Assembly: GCA_963806225.1 (NCBI GenBank)
Contig: CAWDXG010000004.1
Span: 1,376,001-1,440,000 of the forward strand
Length of the DNA stretch: 64,000 nt
Source of the DNA: an uncultured delta proteobacterium
GTDB taxonomy: Bacteria; Myxococcota_A; Polyangia; Polyangiales; Polyangiaceae
Reading direction: 5' to 3'
In this document: positions 51,484 to 61,915 of the stretch, piece by piece
Layout of the letters: each line of letters begins with the position of its first letter
Numbering within the stretch: the stretch's first letter is position 1
The notes under the pieces: generated by a model
What the model was told of the DNA's origin: nothing
What the model saw: only the letters and a program-made list of their open reading frames with translations
Databases searched by the model: none
Program-made: the position numbers and the translations under genes

Positions 51484-51963
51484 ATGACCGAACGACCCTT
51501 CCGCATCCTGGGAGTCCAGCAGATCGCCATCGGCGCGGCGGACAAGTCCGCCCTGCAGAAGCTCTGGCTCGACGTGCTCGGGCTGCAGAAGGTCGGGCAG
51601 TACAGGAGCGAGAAGGACAACGTCGACGAGGACATCGCCGTCGCAGGCAGCGGCCCGTTGCGCGTCGAGGTGGATCTCATGCAACCCCTCGATCCCGACG
51701 GGCGCCCCAGGGTGCACGAGCCGGCGCTGAACCACGTCGGGCTCTGGGTGGATGACCTCGATGTCGCCGTCCAGTGGCTCCAGAGCCAGGGCGTGCGCTT
51801 CACCCCCGGTGGCATCCGCAAGGGCGCGGCGGGCTACAACGTCTGCTTCATCCACCCGAAGGGAAACGAGCAGGCACCCATCGGTGGGGCCGGCGTCCTG
51901 ATCGAGCTCGTGCAGGCGCCCGCCGAGGTGCTCGCGGCGTTCGAGCGCGAAGCGACACGCTAG
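51484..51963 (+). CDS. VOC-family protein, probable methylmalonyl-CoA epimerase
   Basis: [30 protein letters not shown]; next to meaB and the mutase. Confidence 0.8.
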   Translation: MTERPFRILGVQQIAIGAADKSALQKLWLDVLGLQKVGQYRSEKDNVDEDIAVAGSGPLRVEVDLMQPLDPDGRPRVHEPALNHVGLWVDDLDVAVQWLQSQGVRFTPGGIRKGAAGYNVCFIHPKGNEQAPIGGAGVLIELVQAPAEVLAAFEREATR

Positions 51964-51969
51964 AGGGCT

Positions 51970-52983
51970 CTAGTCGTCGAGCAGCGCCAGCAGACGGCGC
52001 GCGCCTTCGGTGGGCGTGATGCGGCTCGCATCGACGTCCTCGCGGATGCGGGGCAGGAGCGCCTGCACGTCTTCACGCGAGAAGAAGCGCTGCTCGAGCC
52101 CGTCGTGGATCATGCTGCCAAGCCAGGCTTCGCGCTGCTCTGCGCGGCGCCTTTCGAAGAGCCCGTGCACTTCGAGATGCCGGCGATGCTCGAGCACGAG
52201 CTTCCACACCTCGTCCATGCCGCGCTCCTCGAGCGCACTCGCGGTCACGACAGGTGGCGTCCAGCCTGCAGTGGGTGAGCGCAGCAGCGACAGCGCGCTC
52301 TTGAGCTGCGCGGCCGCGCGCCCAGCCGCCTTGACGTTGTCGCCGTCGGCCTTGTTGATCGCCAGGATGTCCGCCAGCTCCACGATCCCGCGCTTGATGC
52401 CCTGGAGCTCGTCGCCTGCGCCCGCCAGCATCAAGAGCAGGAAGCAGTCGACCATCGACGCCACCGTGTACTCGGACTGCCCGACGCCGACGGTTTCCAC
52501 GATCACCGTGTCGTAGCCCGCGGCCTCGCACAGCAGCATCGCCTCGCGCGTGCGCCGGGCCACGCCGCCCAGTGATCCCGCCGAGGGGCTCGGACGGATG
52601 AAGGACTGATCGTTCGCTGCCAGACGCGGCATGCGGGTCTTGTCGCCCAGGATGCTGCCGCCCGAGATCGAGCTCGACGGATCGACGGCCAGCACGGCCA
52701 CGCGATGCCCCTCGCCGATCAGGTACAGGCCGAAAGCCTCGATGAACGTGCTCTTGCCGACACCCGGAACACCGCTGATGCCGACGCGGAGCGCCTTGCC
52801 GGTATGGGGCAGGAGCTCCGAAAGCAGCTGCCGCGCTTCCGCCTGGTGATCGGCACGGGTGCTCTCGACGAGGGTGATCGCCTTCGCTAGCGCGCGGCGC
52901 TGGCCGCCGAGCACGGCGCCTGACAGGGGACTTCCGGGGGGCGGGGTCACGAAGAGATCCTGTCTGGGCGCTCGAGCGAGCAC
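51970..52983 (-). CDS. meaB: MeaB/ArgK-family GTPase (paralog 2)
   Basis: LAKAITLVES, GVPGVGKST, GGSILGDKTRM, GAGDELQGIKRG. Confidence 0.93.
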   Translation of the reverse strand: MLARAPRQDLFVTPPPGSPLSGAVLGGQRRALAKAITLVESTRADHQAEARQLLSELLPHTGKALRVGISGVPGVGKSTFIEAFGLYLIGEGHRVAVLAVDPSSSISGGSILGDKTRMPRLAANDQSFIRPSPSAGSLGGVARRTREAMLLCEAAGYDTVIVETVGVGQSEYTVASMVDCFLLLMLAGAGDELQGIKRGIVELADILAINKADGDNVKAAGRAAAQLKSALSLLRSPTAGWTPPVVTASALEERGMDEVWKLVLEHRRHLEVHGLFERRRAEQREAWLGSMIHDGLEQRFFSREDVQALLPRIREDVDASRITPTEGARRLLALLDD

Positions 52984-53025
52984 AAGTATCGTGCCCCCGG
53001 AAGGCCCGCTCGCCGCGAGCCGGGC

Positions 53026-53376
53026 TCACGCGGCCGGAGCCACGGCCCCGCCGACGGCGTCGTCCGCCCCGCTCTGTTCGACTTCGGCGAGACCGCTCTT
53101 TTCAAGCCACCACAAGAGCCCGACCAGAAGCGCGCGCCGGTCGTCGACGAAGGACGGCTTCTTCCTCTCGAAGGCGTGCCCGACGAACTGGAAGGTCCAA
53201 CCCACGCTGAACATGCCTGCTGCGAGCGGTAGGCCGACGAGCGTCGCGCCCACTGGAAGCGACCCCGCGATGAGCGGAATGCCGACGCTGTGACATTTCT
53301 GGTTCACGACGTTCTGGTGGTCGGCCTTGTAGCTGTCCATCAGCCGGGTCCACGTGCGGTTCAGCTTGATCTTCAT
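53026..53376 (-). CDS. DUF962/Mpo1-like membrane protein
   Basis: HQNVVNQKCHSVGIP, FQFVGHAFERKKPSF. Confidence 0.85.
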   Translation of the reverse strand: MKIKLNRTWTRLMDSYKADHQNVVNQKCHSVGIPLIAGSLPVGATLVGLPLAAGMFSVGWTFQFVGHAFERKKPSFVDDRRALLVGLLWWLEKSGLAEVEQSGADDAVGGAVAPAA

Positions 53377-53999
53377 GGGTCTCTTCCTGGTCCAAGTACG
53401 GCGAGCACGGCATCGAGCAGCGCACTCATGAAGCGTTCGTCGGAGACGACCTCGGCGCCGAGGACGTGTGCGTGCACGGCTCCCTCGATCATCGAAAACA
53501 GCACAAAAGCCGTCGCCTCCGCGTCGCCCGCGAAGCGCCAGCGCTCGAGCAATCCCCCGATGCGGCGCACCAGCGAAAGCTCGGCGGCCGAGGTCAGCTC
53601 GTCGAGCTGTCGGTCGGCGTGGCGGCGTTCGCTGAGCACGGCGTGCAGCCCCGGATCCTCGCGGTGGTAGTCGACGACGATGCGGACCATCGCGCGAACG
53701 CGATCGCGCGGCGTTCCCAGGTGGCCGTCGACGACCGCCAGCGCCCGGTCGGCAACGCAGCGCAGACGCTCGCTGGCGAGCTCGCAGAGCAGCGCGTCCT
53801 TGTCCGCGAAGTACTGGTAGAAGCTGCCCGTCGCAGAGCCGGCCCGCCGCGCGATGGACCGCGCGGTGGCGCCGGCATAGCCGCGCTCGCTGAACTCGTG
53901 CTGACCGGCTTCAACCAGCCGCGCGCGCGTGCGCACGGCGCGCGGCTGCAGCGGTCTGCGCGCGGCGCGCGCCGGAGCCCCGGTCTGCAAGGTCACCAT
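53373..53999 (-). CDS. TetR-family regulator
   Basis: FSERGYAGATARSIARRAG..GSFYQYFADK; ATGA overlap with downstream gene. Confidence 0.9.
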   Translation of the reverse strand: MVTLQTGAPARAARRPLQPRAVRTRARLVEAGQHEFSERGYAGATARSIARRAGSATGSFYQYFADKDALLCELASERLRCVADRALAVVDGHLGTPRDRVRAMVRIVVDYHREDPGLHAVLSERRHADRQLDELTSAAELSLVRRIGGLLERWRFAGDAEATAFVLFSMIEGAVHAHVLGAEVVSDERFMSALLDAVLAVLGPGRDP

Positions 54000-54005
54000 G
54001 AGCGT

Positions 54006-54040
54006 AGGCTACGGAATATGAACCCGAGGTCAAGTTCATA
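54006..54040 (-). promoter_or_regulatory. Sigma70-type promoter with overlapping palindromic operator for tetR
   Basis: TTGACC-N16-TAGCCT, 6 nt before ATG; TATGAAC-N10-GTTCATA spans the -35 box. Confidence 0.65.
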
Positions 54041-54076
54041 ACTAGATCGCTTGTAGATCCAGGCACTTGACAGACT

Positions 54077-56404
54077 TCATGCGTCGAGGAGCTCGCGCAG
54101 CTTCTCGAGCAGCGCTCCGGCCGTGAACGGCTTGTGGAGGACGCGCGCGTCCTCCGGCAGCGCCCCGCGCCGACTGAGCGCATCGAAGCTGTGACCGGAC
54201 ATGTACAGGCAACGGATGTCCGGCCAGAGCGCGGCGATGCGATCAGCCAGCTCGCGCCCGTCGAGCCCCGGCATGACGATGTCGGTGATGACCACGTCGA
54301 CATGGTGTTCGGGCGCGCCGAGGATAGAAAGCGCTTCGTCTGCCCGGGATGCCTCGAGCACGTTGTAGCCATTGGCCTGCAAGATGCGCCGGGTGGCACG
54401 GCGCACGATCTCCTCGTCTTCGACCAGCAGGACGGTCTCGCTTCCACGGAGCTGCCGCGGCATTGCGGACGCGCGCCGCAGCGGTTCGCTGGGCCCTGCG
54501 CTCGGCGTGAGATACACCGTGAACAGCGTACCGCGGCCCAACCCGGACTCGACAGTGATGCCCGCCCCGCTCTGCTGCACGATGCCGTACACCGTCGACA
54601 GCCCGAGGCCGGTCCCCTTCCCCTGTTCCTTGGTGGTGAAGAAAGGCTCGAAGATGCGCACCTGCGTCGCCGCGTCCATGCCGGAGCCGGTGTCGCGCAC
54701 GCTCAGGGTCACATACCTGCCCGCTGGGATCTCGCCGTGCTGGCCCGCGAGCCCTTCTGCAAGATCCACGCGTCCGGTTCTGATCTCGATCTGGCCCCCG
54801 TGCTCCATCGCATCGCGCGCGTTGACGACCAGGTTGAGCACGACCTGCTCCAGCTGTCCGGGATCGATCAGGACGAAGCCTTCGTCCGCCGCAAACGACG
54901 CCGAAAGCTCGATGTCCTCACCGATCACGCGCTCCAGCATGCGCTGCATGCCGGCGATCAGCTCGGCGAGCCTCACGGTCCGCGGCTCGAGCATCTGCCG
55001 GCGGCTGAACGCCAGAAGCTGGCGCGTCAGAGCGGCCGCCCGCACCGCCGCCTGCCGGACCTCGTCCAGGTCCTCGTAGAAGGGATGACGAGGGTCGATT
55101 TCCGAGAGGACCGAGTCGCTGTTGGCGAGGATCGCGGTCAACAGGTTGTTGAAGTCGTGAGCGACTCCGCCGGCGAGCTGCCCGATCGCCTCCATCTTCT
55201 GTGCCTGGCGGAACTGGGCTTCCAGCGAGCGCTGCTCCGTTACGTCCTGGATGCTGCCCATGGCCTGGGTGACGCGGCCGTTTTCGACCGCCGGCGTCTC
55301 GCCGATCGACACCACGATCCGTTCGCCACCGTCGGACTGGCGGATGCGATACTCGACCTGGAACTCCTGGTGCTCCTGCAACGCCGTGGCGAGCGCCGCC
55401 GCGGCGTGGCCGCGATCATCCGGATGCACCGCGTCCAGCCAGACCTCGATCGACGGCGTGATCGAGCTGGGCTCGAGGCCGAGAATGCGGTAGTGCTCGT
55501 CGGACCAGTACAGCTCGCCCTTGTCCGTGTCCCAGAGCCAGCTGCCCAGGTGCGCGGTGCGCTCGGCCGCAGCCAGCGTCAATTCGCTGGTACGGAGCGC
55601 CTCCTCGGCCTGCTTGCGCCGGGTGAACTGCTCGATCTGCTCCGCGATGTCCGACGCCATGCGCAGGAGCTCGTCCACAGCCACGAGATGCCGCCGCCCC
55701 GCGAGGGCGAGCACCGCCTCGACACGCCCACGCGAACCGACAGGAATCGCCAGCGCAACCCGGAGCGAATAGTCATCGCGCAGGCGACTCGAAGCCGGGG
55801 TGGAAGGACTGGACAGGTCGTTGGACGCGACGGGCACGCCCTCCGCCCACGCGCGGCCTGACAGGCCGTTTCCTCTTGAAAGCAGGCCGAAGCCATCGAG
55901 GTGGTCGGAAGCGAGTGGAGGTAGCCCGGGAAGCGTCCAGCTGTCATGCAGCCGCAGGCGGTCCAGAGCCTCGTCGACGTGCCAGAGGAAGCCCAGGTCG
56001 AGTTCCAGATGGGTCGTGAGCTCGACCAGGAGATGCGAAAGCGCCTCGTCGAGGCTCCTCGCCTTGCCGAGGACGCGGGTGACAGCGAATTGCGCCTGCT
56101 GGTGCTGCCGGGCGCGCTTCTGCTCGGTGACGTCACGCAGCACCGAGAGATGCCGCCCGGGCATGACGTTGGCAGTCGCCGAGAAGTCCGCCACGCGCAG
56201 CGTGCCGTCCGGCCGCACGACCATGAACTCGCCGCGCGCCGTGCCTGCTTCGCGGAATGCCCGCCACGCCGCGGACGCGTCGCGCCCAGGCGGCGCGATG
56301 TCGGTCGAGGTCAGCCCGATCGCCTGTTCGCGCGTGCGTCCGATCAGCTCGCAGGCCGCCGGGTTCACGTCCACGTAGTTGCCGTCGTCGTCGGCGATGA
56401 TCAT
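54077..56404 (-). CDS. Hybrid sensor kinase PAS-GAF-PAS-HisKA-HATPase-REC, probably N-terminally truncated
   Basis: AHDFNNLL, NARDAM, FFTTK..GTGLGL, receiver TDIVMP; begins mid-PAS (MIIADDDGNYVDVNPAAC). Confidence 0.88.
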   Translation of the reverse strand: MIIADDDGNYVDVNPAACELIGRTREQAIGLTSTDIAPPGRDASAAWRAFREAGTARGEFMVVRPDGTLRVADFSATANVMPGRHLSVLRDVTEQKRARQHQQAQFAVTRVLGKARSLDEALSHLLVELTTHLELDLGFLWHVDEALDRLRLHDSWTLPGLPPLASDHLDGFGLLSRGNGLSGRAWAEGVPVASNDLSSPSTPASSRLRDDYSLRVALAIPVGSRGRVEAVLALAGRRHLVAVDELLRMASDIAEQIEQFTRRKQAEEALRTSELTLAAAERTAHLGSWLWDTDKGELYWSDEHYRILGLEPSSITPSIEVWLDAVHPDDRGHAAAALATALQEHQEFQVEYRIRQSDGGERIVVSIGETPAVENGRVTQAMGSIQDVTEQRSLEAQFRQAQKMEAIGQLAGGVAHDFNNLLTAILANSDSVLSEIDPRHPFYEDLDEVRQAAVRAAALTRQLLAFSRRQMLEPRTVRLAELIAGMQRMLERVIGEDIELSASFAADEGFVLIDPGQLEQVVLNLVVNARDAMEHGGQIEIRTGRVDLAEGLAGQHGEIPAGRYVTLSVRDTGSGMDAATQVRIFEPFFTTKEQGKGTGLGLSTVYGIVQQSGAGITVESGLGRGTLFTVYLTPSAGPSEPLRRASAMPRQLRGSETVLLVEDEEIVRRATRRILQANGYNVLEASRADEALSILGAPEHHVDVVITDIVMPGLDGRELADRIAALWPDIRCLYMSGHSFDALSRRGALPEDARVLHKPFTAGALLEKLRELLDA

Positions 56405-56714
56405 GCTTCATCCCGCGTGACTTGACCACGGTCAGCGCGCGATTGCGTTCGCCGCCGTTCACCAGGTAGCTGAGGTGGACCCAGGTGTCGGCGATGGTGG
56501 AGATGCCAGCTGCCGTCGACTCCACTCCCGCGGCGGCGCTTTCCAGCAGCGACGTGGACAGGATGGTGACGCCACGGGTCTTGGCAAAATCGAGCAGCCG
56601 TACGGCCGTGTCCTCCGCCGCCGACGGACCGCCGGCGTGCTCCAGCGCGGAGATGGGGTCGATGACGACCGAGCGAGCGCTGTGCTCCTCGATGAGCCGA
56701 GCGATACGGCGCCC
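56403..56714 (-). pseudogene. kaiC: kaiC-family fragment (CII domain)
   Basis: VVIDPISAL...ISTIADTWVHLSY...ERNRALTVVKSRGMKH; in-frame TAG upstream, homology breaks at the kinase ATG. Confidence 0.8.
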
Positions 56715-56805
56715 CTACGACAGCCACGACTGAATCCCGCATGGCGTCAGCATCGCCCGCGAGCTCGACCGGGCGCTCCCGCCCTTCCGACTGACCGGCA
56801 TCCGC

Positions 56806-57747
56806 GTGATGCAAGTCAACTTCGGCACGCCCCGCACCCAGCCCGCGAGATCCACCGACCACGACCACGACCGCGGGCGCGGCTTGGAATGGCGGACCGT
56901 TGCCGATACCGTCGGAGACAGGATTGGAGATGGGATCTCGACTTCGACGCCAGCCGGCACGCTCTGTCTGTGCGGGCGCGGGACGCTCCTGGCGGCGCTG
57001 CTGCTGCTCGGCTGCGACACGCATCCGGCGAAGGCGGATCCAGGACCCAGAGCGTCGGCGGCACCCGCTGCCGCGGCAAGCTCCGCGTTCCACGCCGCAA
57101 CGAAAAGCCCGGCTTCGGCGGCGAGCGCCACCGGCCCCAGCTGTCGCGAGCAGACCGCACAGGCCTTCCTGCTTCGCCGCGGACAGATCGCCAAGCCGCA
57201 CGCGTCGCCTGCCGAGCGGCGGGAGATCCTGGCGGCCCGCAAGCGCAGCATCGACTACCGGACGCGCGAGTACGGGCGCTTCCCGGGCTTCGGCAGCCCG
57301 GGCGACAACCCGCACCCACCGCGCTACTACGCCGAGCGAACGACTTTCATGGGCCTCGATGTAGTGCTCAATCGCAGGATCGTGCCGGCGCTACATTGCG
57401 TGGAAGCGGCCCTCGAGCGCGACTGTGCCGCGCACCCCTACCAGCCGCGGCACCTGAGCGGCATGCGGTTTTCCAACACCTACAAGGACTACGAGATCTC
57501 CAACCACGTCTATGGCATCGCGATCGACATCGATCCCGAGCTGAACCCGTGCTGCGATTGCGTAGGGCGCTGGAGCCAGAAGAAGATCTGCCGGAAGAAG
57601 GTCGATTCCCCGTTCGACCGCATGGCCATGCCACGCTGCTGGGTGAAGGTGTTCGAGCGCTACGGCTTCCACTGGCTGGGGCACGACGAGCTCCACGACA
57701 CGATGCACTTCGAGTTTCTCGGGGATCCGGACCGGATTCTCGAGTAG
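56806..57747 (+). CDS. M15-family (D-Ala-D-Ala-type) metallopeptidase lipoprotein; start uncertain
   Basis: SNHVYGIAIDID and DTMHFEF zinc motifs; LLLGC lipobox. Confidence 0.82.
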   Translation: MMQVNFGTPRTQPARSTDHDHDRGRGLEWRTVADTVGDRIGDGISTSTPAGTLCLCGRGTLLAALLLLGCDTHPAKADPGPRASAAPAAAASSAFHAATKSPASAASATGPSCREQTAQAFLLRRGQIAKPHASPAERREILAARKRSIDYRTREYGRFPGFGSPGDNPHPPRYYAERTTFMGLDVVLNRRIVPALHCVEAALERDCAAHPYQPRHLSGMRFSNTYKDYEISNHVYGIAIDIDPELNPCCDCVGRWSQKKICRKKVDSPFDRMAMPRCWVKVFERYGFHWLGHDELHDTMHFEFLGDPDRILE

Positions 57748-57770
57748 GCGGCGGGTGGAGGAGTTCGAAG

Positions 57771-59922
<2,152 letters not shown>

Positions 59923-59970
59923 GGCACCGCTTCCATAGCATTTGAGGGCGGCGGCACCGCCTTCGGGCAG

Positions 59971-61266
59971 TCAGCCGGAGTGGGCCTGCTTGCGGCGCCG
60001 CAGGATCTGCTCCACCGCCTCGCCCGCTGCGGCCACCAGGCTGTCGGCGCGTCGCGTCGCCTCGAAGGAGCTGACAAATCCCGCCGCAACGACCATCAGC
60101 GCTGCGCGCCCGGAAACGACAACCGGAACGACGTAGATCTCGTCGGTCTCGCCGAGCAGCTCGCTCAGCCCGTCGTGGACCTGGGTCCGCGGCAGGGGCC
60201 CCAGGTAGAACCCGGCCTCGACGGCCGTCGCCAGCACGCTGGGCTCGCCGACTGGAACGCGCAGGGCGCGGATGCGTTCGGTCGCTCCGGTAGTGCCGGT
60301 CCGGCCGTCGTAGCTCGCGTTCCGCACGGCCAGCACGACCACGCACCGGGCCACGGAGCTCAACCCCGCCACCAGCTGGCGCGCCACCGCGTCGGGCGTA
60401 TCGGCCTCGGCCAGCGCCATCAGCGCGAGGCCGAAGTCGTCCGCGGAACGCAGGGAGGCGCCGCTCTCGACAGCGACCTCGCTGCTCGCGGGAGGCTTCG
60501 AACGGAACAGGCCGATCACCGGATCGCCGGCTTCATCTTCGAGCACTTCGATCGCTGGCGGTTTGACCGCCCCGACGCCCGGGTTGGTTCCTCGGCGGTG
60601 CGGCCAGCGGCCGGGCGCGATGGACCGTCGCACCAGCGGGATGGGAGGCTCGCTGCCCCGGGCGTCCGGCGGTCTGGAATCGTGGGGCGGCGGCGGCCGG
60701 GACGCGGGTAGACCGCGCGGCTGCGTGGTCGTGCGACGACGGTCGAGACGGGCGGGACCCTCGCGGCGGACCGCCGGCATGCCGAACGCGGGGGTGCCAG
60801 CGCTGTCACCGTGATCGGGAGCCGGCACGAGCCGCGGGGCGATCGGCGTGTCCGGAAGCGTCTCCAGCACCGCCAGAAGCTCGGCCAGAGGGGCGCGCAG
60901 AATGCGGACCGGCGCGCCCAGATGAAAGACGAACTCCGCCGCGAGGTGACTATCGAGCGGGTCGACCGCCGCCACGTCGACGGTGCCGGTGCGGCCGTCC
61001 TGCCGCACGGGCACGGCGAGCAGATGCGGGCAGAGCCCCACCGGCAGCTTCGCCACCAGCTCGGGGACGGCGCGCACCGTCCGGAGCAGCGGCGCGGCGC
61101 ACCGGGCGAGCTCCCGCTCAAGCAACTGGGCCAGAACCGGACCGCGCTCGGCGAAGGCGAGCGGAAATGCGATGCCACGCTGCATCGAATCGAGCAGCGC
61201 CGCCTCGATATCGCCTTCGGGCACGACCCCGCTCCGGGCCAACCGCAGCGCAAGATCCACGCTCAC
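59971..61266 (-). CDS. T2SSE_N (GspE N-terminal)-like domain protein with Pro-rich linker and GAF-like C-terminus
   Basis: LAVPVR..VDVAAVDPLD pattern; no ATPase domain. Confidence 0.65.
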   Translation of the reverse strand: MSVDLALRLARSGVVPEGDIEAALLDSMQRGIAFPLAFAERGPVLAQLLERELARCAAPLLRTVRAVPELVAKLPVGLCPHLLAVPVRQDGRTGTVDVAAVDPLDSHLAAEFVFHLGAPVRILRAPLAELLAVLETLPDTPIAPRLVPAPDHGDSAGTPAFGMPAVRREGPARLDRRRTTTQPRGLPASRPPPPHDSRPPDARGSEPPIPLVRRSIAPGRWPHRRGTNPGVGAVKPPAIEVLEDEAGDPVIGLFRSKPPASSEVAVESGASLRSADDFGLALMALAEADTPDAVARQLVAGLSSVARCVVVLAVRNASYDGRTGTTGATERIRALRVPVGEPSVLATAVEAGFYLGPLPRTQVHDGLSELLGETDEIYVVPVVVSGRAALMVVAAGFVSSFEATRRADSLVAAAGEAVEQILRRRKQAHSG

Positions 61267-61318
61267 GCCGGCATGGTTATCCGGAGACGTGGCCGCTGCA
61301 ACCGGTGGGCAGCGCCGC

Positions 61319-61420
61319 GAGCGACAGCGCGCGCCGAGCGTAGCGAGGCGCGGCGGGGTGCTCGAGGAGCGGTGAGCCCCCGCGAGGAGGATTCCGGTGG
61401 GGGCGGGAGGGTGGGTGCGA
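61319..61420 (-). repeat. Dispersed intergenic repeat, copy 3 (diverged)
   Basis: Core CCCCCACCGGAATCCTCC at 61386-61403 on minus strand, downstream of the ftsB stop. Confidence 0.75.
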
Positions 61421-61428
61421 CCCGGCGC

Positions 61429-61704
61429 CTACTGCTTGAACTGGAAGACGACCTCGGTCTGGCGCACCAGTCCCAGCTCGTCCCTGGCCACCCGCTCGAC
61501 CGCGGCGGGATCGTCCTTGATGCGCTTGACCTGGGCCCTGAGCTGCCGGATCTGCTCGGTGAGCCGCACCACCTCGACGTCGGAGCTCCGCTTCTCCTTC
61601 TCGAGGTTGTCGAGGCGCTGGACGCCGCCCGGAGCCAGGATCATCACCGGAACGGCCACGACGGCGAGGACCAGGATCGCGATGGGCAGGACCCGCTGGA
61701 CCAT
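61429..61704 (-). CDS. ftsB: Septum formation initiator FtsB/DivIC family
   Basis: TM + coiled coil + ERVARDELGLVR. Confidence 0.85.
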   Translation of the reverse strand: MVQRVLPIAILVLAVVAVPVMILAPGGVQRLDNLEKEKRSSDVEVVRLTEQIRQLRAQVKRIKDDPAAVERVARDELGLVRQTEVVFQFKQ

Positions 61705-61915
61705 TAGCTTGCCGGAGGACACGAGGCGAACCTGACACGCCGCCGGCAGCAAATGCCAGAAAGCCGCAGGGACGCCGCCCGGACCACGCCGGCCTGCCCC
61801 AGACAAGGGGGCCGCTACGGTATTGTTTCGCCAATATTTTCGTTACAATCCGCCCCCCTGGCGCCCGGGGCGGGCGCGTCCCGGACGGACCGGAAACGTC
61901 TACCAAGGAAGAACA

